Shown here: positions 1 to 8,582 of the stretch, piece by piece
Layout: the number at the start of each line of letters is the position of its first letter
Numbering within the stretch: position 1 is the first letter of the stretch
Assembly: GCA_044222475.1 (NCBI GenBank)
Contig: JBGANF010000159.1
Coordinates: forward strand, 1-16,675
Reading direction: 5' to 3'
DNA length: 16,675 bases
Source of the DNA: Polyangiaceae bacterium
GTDB lineage: Bacteria > Myxococcota_A > Polyangia > Polyangiales > Polyangiaceae
Program-made: the position numbers and the translations under genes
Notes under the pieces: model-generated
What the model saw: the letters and a program-made list of their open reading frames with translations, nothing else
The model's database searches: none
Told to the model about the DNA's origin: nothing

Positions 1-2
1 CC

Positions 3-1208
3 GACCCGAAACGCGAAGAGCGAGAGCTCCGGCTCGGCCACGATCTCGACGTGAGGCAGCGCGCGCACCGCGTCGCAGGCGCGAGCGGCGAGGTCGAGCT
101 TGTCGTCGAGCGCGTCGCGGAACACGCCGGCGCCGTGCATCTTGAACGGAAGCCACACGCGGAGCCCGCGGAAGTCGCGCGAGAGCTCGGGACCGAGATC
201 GCAGAAGTCGGTGAGCTCGTCGTCTTCCTGCATCGGAGGCATGTAGTCTGCACGCATCGCGTGGGCGTGCCGGAGCTTCTTCGCCGAGCGAACGACGAGC
301 GCGCCGGTGCCGTACGGGAGGAACAGGCTCTTGTGCGGGTCGAGCGTGATCGAGTCGGCGCGGTTCAAGCCGCCGAGCGCCTTCTTGCCGCGCGCCGTCA
401 GCGCGAAGAAGCCGCCGTACGCGGCGTCGACGTGGACCCAGAGCTTTCGCTTCGCCGCGAGCTTCGCGATCGCCGGGAGATCGTCGATTGCGCCGGTGTT
501 CGTCGTCCCTGCGCTCGCGACGACGAGAAACGGCCGCTTCCCCGCGCGCACGTCGTCTTCGATCCGACGGCCGAGCGCGGCGACGTCCATGCGGAAACGC
601 TCGTCGCTCGGGATGACCGCGATCTGATCGCGCCGGAACCCGGCGAAGCGCGCCGCCTTCGCGATCGAGTGGTGCGCTTGATCCGAGACGTAGAGCACGC
701 CGTCGGTGAAGTCTTCGCCGAGGAGGTTCTCTCTCGCGGTCACGATGGCGACGAGGTTCGACATGGACCCGCCGGTGGTGAGCACGCCGCCCGCCCCCCG
801 CCCGTAGCCGACGATCGTGGCGAACCACTGGACGACGTTCCGCTCGATCTGCGCGAGCCCCGGAGCGGCGACCCACACGGTGACGTACCGATTCACTGCG
901 TTCGCGACGAGGTCTGCCACCGCCGAGTGAAGGAGCCCGCCTCCTGGGATGTACGCGAGGTAGCCCGGCGACGCCGTGTTGAACGAGCGCGGGACCACCC
1001 GTCGGACGATCTGCCGCAGGAGGACCTTGTAGTCTGCACCCTTCTCCGGCAGGTCCTCGCGCAGCGAGCGCGCGAGCTCTCTTCCCCCGCCTGTCGCGTG
1101 GAGGGTCTGGGTCGGGAGCGTGGCGAGATGACGGACGATTTCGTCCGTCGCGTGCTCGACCAAGGCGCGAAACTCTTTTCCTGACAGATCGAGGGGCGTC
1201 CCGGCCAT
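3..1208 (-). CDS. PLP-dependent group II amino-acid decarboxylase (aromatic-L-amino-acid/glutamate decarboxylase family); 3' end runs off the window
   Basis: Manual translation from the ATG at 1208: MAGTPLDLSGKEF...YLAYIPGGG...GVLTTGGSMSNL...SDQAHHSIAKAA...AGTTNTGAIDDL...WVHVDAAYGG...DSITLDPHKSLFLPYGTG (PLP lysine in DPHK)...ELSRDFRGLRVW. No stop before the window edge, which explains its absence from the ORF track. Confidence 0.93.
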   Translation of the reverse strand, partial: MAGTPLDLSGKEFRALVEHATDEIVRHLATLPTQTLHATGGGRELARSLREDLPEKGADYKVLLRQIVRRVVPRSFNTASPGYLAYIPGGGLLHSAVADLVANAVNRYVTVWVAAPGLAQIERNVVQWFATIVGYGRGAGGVLTTGGSMSNLVAIVTARENLLGEDFTDGVLYVSDQAHHSIAKAARFAGFRRDQIAVIPSDERFRMDVAALGRRIEDDVRAGKRPFLVVASAGTTNTGAIDDLPAIAKLAAKRKLWVHVDAAYGGFFALTARGKKALGGLNRADSITLDPHKSLFLPYGTGALVVRSAKKLRHAHAMRADYMPPMQEDDELTDFCDLGPELSRDFRGLRVWLPFKMHGAGVFRDALDDKLDLAARACDAVRALPHVEIVAEPELSLFAFRV

Positions 1209-1321
1209 GGGTGGGTGACCGTACCCCATCACCCCCCTTTAGGCCCCTGCTCGGGTGGGCTACCTTTGATTTGCGGCTCGGGTGATGCGGGTACCTCGCG
1301 AGCGGCAAGCCGGAGGCCTTT

Positions 1322-3283
1322 GTGATCAAGAACACGCTCCTCGTTTCGACGACGCTGCTCGCGAGCGCGCTGGCACTCGCCGCGTACACCGCGGGCTGCG
1401 GCTCCAGCGACGACAACGGCTTCGTCGATCCCGACGCGAGCAACAACTCGGACGTGGATCCGTTCGGCGGCGACGGCTCGCCGAACCAAACGGTGCTCGA
1501 CGTCCAGCCCAAGAACCCCGTCATCGACTACCCCACCGCGACGACGCAGCAGTTCAAGGCCTACGTCCTCGGTAGCCCCACCCCGATCCCGGCGAGCTGG
1601 GGCATCGACAAGGGAGCCCTCGGCACGATCGACCAAAACGGGCTCTTCACGGCGTCGGGCAACCAAGGCGGCACGACCACGGTCACCGCGACGTCGGGCA
1701 AGGCGAGCGGGTACACGCAGCTCAGCGTGATCCTTCACCTCCAAGAGAACCCCGGCAACATCACCGCGTCCGATCAGTCGAAGCTCAAGGCGGGAGGCAG
1801 CGCCGACCCCAACTTCAAGTGGCTCTATCCCTACGAGGCGACGGTGTTCCCGCGCGGCCTCGCCGCACCGGTGATGCAGTTCGGCGGAACCGCGCCGACC
1901 GCGTTCTACGTGCACATCAAGGCGAAATACATCGACTACGAGGGCTTCTTCGGCGGCACCAACCCGGCGCGCGTCACGCTCTCTCCCACGACGTGGAAGA
2001 CGATCTCGAACAGCATCCAAGCCAACGACCCGGTGTCGGTCGAGGTGACGAAGCTCTCGGGCGGCGTCGCCACCGGTCCGACGAAAGAGACGTGGACCAT
2101 CGCGCCCGGCTCGATGCGCGGCACGGTCTACTACTGGTCGAACAACCTCGGCCGCATCCTCCGCATCAAGCCCGGCGCCACCGCGCCGGACGATTTTCTC
2201 GCGACCGCCGGGGTGACCGGCTGCAGCACGTGCCACGCCGTCTCGGCCGACGGGTCCACGCTCGTCATCGGCGGCGACGTCTCGACGTCGGCGTTCGATC
2301 TCAAGGCGAACAAGCCTTCGTTCGCGAACGTCGGCCGCGCATGGGCGATGCCCGCGTTGACCCCCGACGGAAAGTACATCGTGCAGAACGCGTCGCCGTT
2401 GCCCGGGCCGCCGGGTGGGGCCGACGGACTATGGCTCACGTCGAACAACACCCGCGTGGCGGCTAGCGGCCTCGACGGTTTCAAGTTCGGCATGCCGGCG
2501 TTCTCGCCGAACGGGAGCGTCCTCGCGTATCGCGGCGAAGCCGGCGGAGCGACGCCGGGCTCGCTTCGCGCCTGGGACTTCGATCCCAAGAACGCCAAGG
2601 CGACGAACGATCGCGAGCTCATCAAGCCCGGCTCGAACGCCGCGCTCTCGACGATCGCCTTCCCGACGGTCACGCCCGACGGACAGTGGATCGTCTACAG
2701 CCGCGGCAACACGCTCGACACGCGGTTCGGCGTCGGCGACCTCTACATCGCCAACGCGACGACGCCCAACGTCGAAGCGCGCCTCGCGGCCGTCAACGGC
2801 GACGGGTACCCCTTCGCCGCCGGCGCGCGCGACCTGTCGTGGAACTTCGAGCCGACCTTCGCTCCGGTCGCCGCCGGCGGATACTTCTGGGTCGTCTTCA
2901 CCAGCCGCCGAACCTACGGCAACACCCTCACCGACACGAAGGACGCGACGAAGCAGCTCTGGGTCGTCGCCATCGATCAGAACCCGCAAGGCGGCAAGGA
3001 CGCGAGCCACCCGGCGTTCTGGCTCCCCGGCCAAGAGCTCGCGTCGCTCAACATGCGCGGCTTCTGGGCGCTCGATCCCTGCAAGCCCAACGGGACGTCG
3101 TGCGAGACCGGTGACGAGTGTTGCAACGGCTACTGCCGGTCCACCGGGGACGGCGGTCTCGCCTGCGTGCCGCCGCCGTCGGGTTGCGCTCAAGAGTTCG
3201 AGAAGTGCAGCGTCGCCGGCGACTGCTGCGACACCGGCTCGCTCTGCGTGAACGGGCACTGCGCCAAGCCGCCGCCGAACTGA
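1322..3283 (+). CDS. Myxobacterial lipoprotein: Ig-like segment, single CxxCH, TolB/PD40-type beta-propeller, C-terminal Cys-rich tail
   Basis: GTG start with GGAGG at 1312-1316; signal peptide ending TAGC; PD40-like repeats (MPALTPDGKYIV, MPAFSPNGSVLAY, FPTVTPDGQWIVYS, WVVFTSRR); CSTCH at 2222-2236; two C-x6-C-x5-CC knots at the C-terminus. Confidence 0.85.
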   Translation: MIKNTLLVSTTLLASALALAAYTAGCGSSDDNGFVDPDASNNSDVDPFGGDGSPNQTVLDVQPKNPVIDYPTATTQQFKAYVLGSPTPIPASWGIDKGALGTIDQNGLFTASGNQGGTTTVTATSGKASGYTQLSVILHLQENPGNITASDQSKLKAGGSADPNFKWLYPYEATVFPRGLAAPVMQFGGTAPTAFYVHIKAKYIDYEGFFGGTNPARVTLSPTTWKTISNSIQANDPVSVEVTKLSGGVATGPTKETWTIAPGSMRGTVYYWSNNLGRILRIKPGATAPDDFLATAGVTGCSTCHAVSADGSTLVIGGDVSTSAFDLKANKPSFANVGRAWAMPALTPDGKYIVQNASPLPGPPGGADGLWLTSNNTRVAASGLDGFKFGMPAFSPNGSVLAYRGEAGGATPGSLRAWDFDPKNAKATNDRELIKPGSNAALSTIAFPTVTPDGQWIVYSRGNTLDTRFGVGDLYIANATTPNVEARLAAVNGDGYPFAAGARDLSWNFEPTFAPVAAGGYFWVVFTSRRTYGNTLTDTKDATKQLWVVAIDQNPQGGKDASHPAFWLPGQELASLNMRGFWALDPCKPNGTSCETGDECCNGYCRSTGDGGLACVPPPSGCAQEFEKCSVAGDCCDTGSLCVNGHCAKPPPN

Positions 3284-3304
3284 TCGATCCTCTCCCCAAG
3301 GCGC

Positions 3305-3928
3305 ATGACCGACCCCTACGAGCGCGATCAGATGCCCGGGGTGGGCGAGGTGCTCCATCGCCACAAGGTGACGAGCCCGCGATGGGCCTTCGGCGTGACG
3401 CTCGGTGTGCCGCTCGGACTCGCTTGCTTCGTGGCAGCGGCGTTGGTCATCGCCGGCCAGCTTCTCGCGGCCGCGGGCATCATGCTCGGATCTTTCGCGT
3501 TCATGGCGCTCTTGGGCTTCGTTTTGGTCACCTTTGCCTCGGCGCGAGTGGTGGTCTCGGAGGGGGAGATCTACGTCCAGCTCGGCTTCGCGGGGCCGAG
3601 GATCCCGATCGACGAGGTTGCCAGCGTTCGGCTCGCGCCGAGTGGCTCGAATCGGATGGGGATGGGCGTGCGCAACGACCTTCGCGGTACGACGACCATG
3701 ACGATGTGGGGCGACAACCAACGCGCCGTTCACATCGAGCGGACGAACGGCACGAAGCTCGTGCTCGTATGTAAAGACCCCGACGCGATGGTTCAGGCGA
3801 TCGCGGAGGCGATCGCGCGGCGCGATCGCCGAGCGTCGAAGGTTCGCGTCGCGGGCGCAGCCGAGGACGCGAAAGCCGTCGAGGCCGAGATCGAAGCGGA
3901 GCCGTCGAACCGGCGCGCGCGGAGCTAG
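3305..3928 (+). CDS. Membrane protein, two TM segments plus a probable bacterial PH-like domain
   Basis: Two hydrophobic stretches, then a beta-rich region (RVVVSEGEIYVQLG...PRIPIDEVASV...AVHIERTNGTKLVLVCKDPDAMVQAI) resembling bPH/DUF3093-type domains; begins 21 bp after the previous gene. Confidence 0.65.
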   Translation: MTDPYERDQMPGVGEVLHRHKVTSPRWAFGVTLGVPLGLACFVAAALVIAGQLLAAAGIMLGSFAFMALLGFVLVTFASARVVVSEGEIYVQLGFAGPRIPIDEVASVRLAPSGSNRMGMGVRNDLRGTTTMTMWGDNQRAVHIERTNGTKLVLVCKDPDAMVQAIAEAIARRDRRASKVRVAGAAEDAKAVEAEIEAEPSNRRARS

Positions 3929-3938
3929 CGCTCGCGCG

Positions 3939-4004
3939 GCGACGGCCGACGCGCGTTCGTGGGCGGACATGCAGCGATTCTTCGCCGATCTGTTCAAGCC
4001 CTGA
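3939..4004 (+). pseudogene. Probable remnant of the 3' end of a dienelactone hydrolase family gene
   Basis: The intergenic frame reads ATADARSWADMQRFFADLFKP*, matching the remembered C-terminal helix of dienelactone hydrolases (AD.RSW..M..FF...F). No upstream part of such a gene is present. Confidence 0.55.
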
Positions 4005-4059
4005 GCGCGGCGACGAAGTGACCATGTTCTTCCGAGCGCCGCTCGCGCACGCTCGGGGA

Positions 4060-5901
4060 ATGAAGAACGCCGGTCTCGTGGCTCTCGCCGTGTTCGCCAG
4101 CGTCGCCGTGAGCGCGGCTTGCTCCAACCGCATCGACTACCGCGCGACCGCATGGCAACCGCCACCGGATGGCACCCGTCGATCCGATGCAGGGACGCCG
4201 GTGAACCCGCCGACCCCAGGACAGCCGAACTTCGGCGAGACGGTCACTCAGGCAGACCCTCCGCCTCCGATCAGCGGCGGAACGCTGCTGATCGCCAAAG
4301 ACGGGACCATCGCGATCGCCGCCGATCCCGATCGAGACGAGGTCTCGATCGTCGATCTCGATGCAGCGAAGGTGCGCTTCGTGGTCCCGCTCCAACTTCA
4401 CGACGAGCCCGGGCGCAGCGCGGAGGATGGCGCCGCTCGCGTCCACGTCGCGCTTCGTCGTGGCGGCGCCCTCGTCACGATCGACTTGGCGACCGGGACG
4501 ATCGTCGAGCGTCGCGCGGTCTGCCCGGAACCTCGCGGCGTGACCTACGATCCGGAGACCGACCTCGTTCACGTGGCATGCGAGACCGGCGAGCTCGTGT
4601 CGCTGCCGGCGTCGGGAGGAGAAGCGGTGCGTGTGCTGCACCTTCAGAGGCACCTCCGCGACGTGTGGGTGCAGAGCGACCATCTCCTCGTCAGCAACTT
4701 CCACGACGCCTCGTTGACGACGATCGACAAGACCACCGGAGCGCTTCTCACTCGCGATGCGCCGCTCGACGTGGGTGGAGCTCCCACGCTCGCGTGGCGC
4801 ACCGTTCCTTCGGCGGGCGGGCCGATCATGCTGCACCAAATGGCCGCCGCGCAGCCGATCGACGCGTCGAACAGCCCGTCCACCGCGGGGTACGGAGGGA
4901 CCGTGCCGTGCGTCTCCGTCGCCTCGAACGCCGTCACCGTGCTCCGCAACCGCGCCACCGTCCCGATTCCGTTCATCACCCTCGCCGTCGACATCGCGGT
5001 CGCGGCCGACGGCGACACGGTGCTCGTCGCCGTGCCGAGCAGCGTGAAGACGAAGGCGGTGCGGTCGACGCTCCTTCAGTTCAGCATCAAGACCCAGGCC
5101 GAGAGTCCTTGCATCCGTACATGGCCGCCATCGTCGGCTCTGGACGGTTACGAGGTGACTTCGGTCGCGTTCGATGGCCTCGGTCGGTCTATCGCGCTGA
5201 GTCGCGAGCCGGCGGCGCTCTTCATCGTAGCGAACAAGGAGGTTCGGAAGGTGTCGCTCTCGGACGTGAGTCGCGAAGACACCGGCCACGCGATCTTCCA
5301 CGCCAATGCGGGGCCCAACATCGCGTGCGCTTCGTGTCACGGCGAAGGCGGCGACGATGCTCACACGTGGGGGTTTCGCTTCACGATCTCGGGATCGGTG
5401 GAGAACCGGCGCACTCCGTCGTTGCGCGGCACGGTCGCCGGGACGGCGCCGTACCACTGGACGGGCGACATGCCCGACGTCGCGACGCTGTCGCACACCG
5501 TGCTCACTCAGCGGATGAAGGGACCCGATCTCACTCCAGATCAGGTCGCCGCGCTCGAGAGGTGGATCGGCTCGATTCCGGCGCCCGCTGCGCCCGCGCC
5601 GAACGACCCGGCAGGTGTCCAACGTGGGGAGGATCTGTTTCGAGGAATCGCGAAGTGTGTGACGTGCCACTCAGGCGAGCGGCTCACCAACAACGACACC
5701 GTCGACGTCGGCACTGGCGGTGGGTTTCAAGTCCCGTCGCTCTTGGGTGTCGGCGCGCGCACGCCTCTCATGCACGACGGCTGCGCCACCACGGTGCGCG
5801 CACGCTTCAAACCCGGCTGCGGTGGGACTGCTCACGGCGCGACGGCGAAGCTCACGTCGGGGCAGCTCGATGACCTGGCGGCGTACCTGGAGACGCTCTG
5901 A
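4060..5901 (+). CDS. Lipoprotein with YncE/YVTN-like beta-propeller fused to a di-heme cytochrome c (peroxidase/MauG superfamily-like) domain
   Basis: The ATG at 4060 gives a clean signal peptide MKNAGLVALAVFASVAVSAAC; propeller repeats (ADPDRDEVSIVDL, CPEPRGVTYD, VHVACETGELV); CASCH 5326-5340 and CVTCH 5656-5670; RRTPSLRG..TAPYHWTG, FQVPSLLG...PLMHDG, LDDLAAYLETL. Confidence 0.85.
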   Translation: MKNAGLVALAVFASVAVSAACSNRIDYRATAWQPPPDGTRRSDAGTPVNPPTPGQPNFGETVTQADPPPPISGGTLLIAKDGTIAIAADPDRDEVSIVDLDAAKVRFVVPLQLHDEPGRSAEDGAARVHVALRRGGALVTIDLATGTIVERRAVCPEPRGVTYDPETDLVHVACETGELVSLPASGGEAVRVLHLQRHLRDVWVQSDHLLVSNFHDASLTTIDKTTGALLTRDAPLDVGGAPTLAWRTVPSAGGPIMLHQMAAAQPIDASNSPSTAGYGGTVPCVSVASNAVTVLRNRATVPIPFITLAVDIAVAADGDTVLVAVPSSVKTKAVRSTLLQFSIKTQAESPCIRTWPPSSALDGYEVTSVAFDGLGRSIALSREPAALFIVANKEVRKVSLSDVSREDTGHAIFHANAGPNIACASCHGEGGDDAHTWGFRFTISGSVENRRTPSLRGTVAGTAPYHWTGDMPDVATLSHTVLTQRMKGPDLTPDQVAALERWIGSIPAPAAPAPNDPAGVQRGEDLFRGIAKCVTCHSGERLTNNDTVDVGTGGGFQVPSLLGVGARTPLMHDGCATTVRARFKPGCGGTAHGATAKLTSGQLDDLAAYLETL

Positions 5902-5910
5902 TCCGCTGGG

Positions 5911-6360
5911 TCAGATCTCGAAGCGCACTCGGATCCAGCCTGGCCGCACGGGCGGAGGGAGTACCATCGCACCGAGCACGCGTTCCATGCAGGCCTCGAG
6001 TCGGGGAGCGGCGACACCGGGGACGATCACGTTGCCTCGCCAATACTCCGCGGGGTGAAGCGTCACTCGAGTGACGGTCCCGTTCGACGCGACGTCGAGA
6101 TCCCACAGAAGGTTCTCTCGCCAGCCGCCTTCGTCGTTGGTCGTCACGTAGCAGCGATCGATCGCCGACTGCAGCGGTCGTACGCCGGCGCGGATCTGAT
6201 CGAAGCTCGTGACGACCTTGTTGCCGACTCCGCCGGTCAACCGAGCCAAGCCGGTCGACGGCTCCTCGACCGGGGCCGAAGCAGCGATCGGATCTGCGGT
6301 CGGTGTCGACGCGCAACCCGCAAGGAACAGGACGGAGGCGAGGCACACCGTTCGCGCCAT
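5911..6360 (-). CDS. Small lipoprotein with AgmX/PglI C-terminal (TonB-C-like) domain
   Basis: Lipobox LAGC; pattern IDRCY...LLWDLDVASNGTVTRV...LEACMERVLGAMVLPPP...IRVRF, with the two-Cys layout typical of this domain. Confidence 0.6.
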   Translation of the reverse strand: MARTVCLASVLFLAGCASTPTADPIAASAPVEEPSTGLARLTGGVGNKVVTSFDQIRAGVRPLQSAIDRCYVTTNDEGGWRENLLWDLDVASNGTVTRVTLHPAEYWRGNVIVPGVAAPRLEACMERVLGAMVLPPPVRPGWIRVRFEI

Positions 6361-6404
6361 GCACGAAGAACGGCCCCGTCGGGCCCACCTTACAGGTGGT
6401 CGTC

Positions 6405-8537
6405 TCAGTGCCCGAGCTTGCCGAGCGTCAGCGCGAGCGCGGTGAGCTTGGCCTTCTCGTCCTTCTCCATGTCGTCGATGCGCTTCCGGACGACGCCGAT
6501 CCGGTCTTCGGCTGCGATCATCCGCGTCACGATCGGAGCGGCCGCTGGTCCCTTGTCGCCGATCGCCTTCGCGTCCTCGCGCAGCCGGACGAGGTCCTTC
6601 TCTTGGAGAGCGAGCTCGGCCCGTGCCTCGACGAGGTGCAGGCGGAGGTCTTCGATGTCCTTGATCTTCGGGGTCACCTCGACCGCGATCGCTTTGTCGT
6701 TCGCGGCGAGGGTGGCCGTCGCCGCAAGCTCGCCGAGGCGCTTCGACGTCAGGTCACCGATTCGGGTCGCGCGAGACAGGCCTTCGAGGCTCGTCGTCTT
6801 CTTGTTGGCGCGCTGACCGGCGGGCAGACGAAACAGCGCGAGCGGCTTCGACGATTGGGCGTCGTAGTCGATGGCGTCGGCGCCGGTGAGGGTCGCGTTC
6901 CGGTCCAGCGCGAGACCGACGTAGATCGCCCGGGCGGAGCCGCTGCGGTTCTCGAGCGTCCACGACGAGACGGTCGTACGCAGGAAGTGCTCGTGGAGGA
7001 TGCCGTCGGCGAACGTGAGGCGCTGCGGCGCCTCGTCGCTCGAGAGGATCTGCTGATCTGCGTCGACGTCGAGATCGGCGCCATACGTGAGGAAGCGGCG
7101 CTCCTTGGCGCGCATCCGATCGATCGCCGATTCGCCGGAGAACCCGCCGTCGCTGAAGATCGCCATCGTGCCGGGTGGCAACGTCTGCGCCGTCGAGTTC
7201 ACGAAGCGAAGCCCGCTGCGCGCGACGACGCCGGGAGAGTCGAACCAAGCGATGCGCTCGGCTTCGATGTTCTGCTGGAGGAACGGCACGAGCGTCGAAG
7301 AGTGACCGCGGAGCGCGACCGGTGCCGGCATCGTGTAGACGAACAGCGCACCGGCCTCGACGCCGGTGGCCTGCGCGACGTTCGAGAGATCGCCGACCTC
7401 CAGGAGGGAGCTGCCGGATTCGCCCCCGGTGCCAGCTCCGTGGCCGACGGTGCCGATCCGTCCGAGGCCGATGCCCTCGCCGCGGCCGCCGCCGCCGTAG
7501 CCCGTTCCGCTCATGCCCATGCCAGCGGCGCCGTACGACTCACCGAGTTGGTCGCCCCACAGACCGTCGGCGGTCTTGCCCATGAGCTGCGGCACCGTCG
7601 CGAGCTCGCCGGTCGGCGTGACGAGCGGTCGCCGGGTGTAGCGCGGTGCCGCGAGCGGGAAGAGGAACGAATCCGGTCGGCCGTTGACGAGCTCGACCTT
7701 GATGTCGTTCCAGTCCTCGTCGGTGTCGTTGTGGAGGAGCGCCCAACCTTGGAGGATTGCGGCGTCCTTCGTGAGGACCACGCGATACGACGTGCGCCAC
7801 ACCGGCGTCTCCGCGATGTACCCGAGCGTGATCGGTGATCCGGGATCGCCGAGGACGCGGAGATCGTGGTGGCTCGCGGCGCCGTGCTCGAGGAGGGCGG
7901 CGAGCGCGGCGTCGATGCGCGCGGCCTGCGCGGGATCGGTGGGGCGCACCGACAAGACGTCGTTTCCGTCGACGTGCATCACCGCGCCGGCGTCGGTGAA
8001 GATCGTGACGCGCAGCTGCGGCGGTTTGCGCGGCGTCTTGGCGTCCTCCTTGTCTTGAGGCGTGGGGGGGGCCTCGACCGGGACCTTGTCGACGTCGACG
8101 AGCCTTCCCCGGAGTGTTTCCTTCGGCGTTCGCAGCTCCACGCGCGAGCCCTTCAGGCTCATGAGGAGCGTCTCGTATCCGACGGCGTCGCTGTCTTCGA
8201 GCGGGAGCCCCGCCATCGCGCGCGCCATGCCGTGGCTCAGGCTGCTGCCGAACTCGATCCCGTCGACGCGCGTCTTGCCGTCGGGGCTCAACACGACGAG
8301 CGTCTTCAGCGCATCGTCGAGGTGACCGGCGGGAACGGGGAGCCCAGAGTCGGCTCGTGCTGGAACCTTACCGCTGCGCTCGAAATATCCGACGCCCGTC
8401 TCGTAGAGACGCAGCGTGCGCAGCGGAAGGACGGCGCCGGCGCCGGGACTCGAAGGGGCGATCGAGGCGCACCCGGTGGCAGAGAGGAGAGCGGCGACGC
8501 CGAAGGCTGCGAGCGTGAAAGAGCGCATGCCCCTCAT
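6405..8537 (-). CDS. DUF4139/DUF4140-family lipoprotein with C-terminal coiled coil
   Basis: Start among the ATGs at 8543/8537/8528 (8537 has GGAG 8 nt upstream); signal ending SATGC; motifs LYETGVGYFER, LDDALKTLVV, PVWRTSYR, LQGWALLHNDTDEDWNDIKVELVNGRP; heptad-rich C-terminus. Confidence 0.8.
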   Translation of the reverse strand: MRGMRSFTLAAFGVAALLSATGCASIAPSSPGAGAVLPLRTLRLYETGVGYFERSGKVPARADSGLPVPAGHLDDALKTLVVLSPDGKTRVDGIEFGSSLSHGMARAMAGLPLEDSDAVGYETLLMSLKGSRVELRTPKETLRGRLVDVDKVPVEAPPTPQDKEDAKTPRKPPQLRVTIFTDAGAVMHVDGNDVLSVRPTDPAQAARIDAALAALLEHGAASHHDLRVLGDPGSPITLGYIAETPVWRTSYRVVLTKDAAILQGWALLHNDTDEDWNDIKVELVNGRPDSFLFPLAAPRYTRRPLVTPTGELATVPQLMGKTADGLWGDQLGESYGAAGMGMSGTGYGGGGRGEGIGLGRIGTVGHGAGTGGESGSSLLEVGDLSNVAQATGVEAGALFVYTMPAPVALRGHSSTLVPFLQQNIEAERIAWFDSPGVVARSGLRFVNSTAQTLPPGTMAIFSDGGFSGESAIDRMRAKERRFLTYGADLDVDADQQILSSDEAPQRLTFADGILHEHFLRTTVSSWTLENRSGSARAIYVGLALDRNATLTGADAIDYDAQSSKPLALFRLPAGQRANKKTTSLEGLSRATRIGDLTSKRLGELAATATLAANDKAIAVEVTPKIKDIEDLRLHLVEARAELALQEKDLVRLREDAKAIGDKGPAAAPIVTRMIAAEDRIGVVRKRIDDMEKDEKAKLTALALTLGKLGH

Positions 8538-8567
8538 CGACATTGCTCCGGTGGATAAGTTCCGTGC

Positions 8568-8576
8568 TGATACGAT
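8568..8576 (+). promoter_or_regulatory. Putative extended -10 element (TGnTAnnnT) for a leaderless transcript of 8583..8993
   Basis: TGATACGAT ends 6 nt before the GTG at 8583. Confidence 0.4.
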
Positions 8577-8582
8577 GGAGTC

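Noticed and set aside
51..1184. 377-aa plus-strand ORF
   Set aside because: Antisense shadow of the decarboxylase on the minus strand; Arg/Val-rich with no family motifs.
6372..6399. Two small dyads (GGCCC-N4-GGGCC; CCACCT-TAC-AGGTGG) between the DUF4139 and AgmX-like genes
   Set aside because: Short stems, no U-tract, and not repeated elsewhere in the window; cannot be distinguished from chance.
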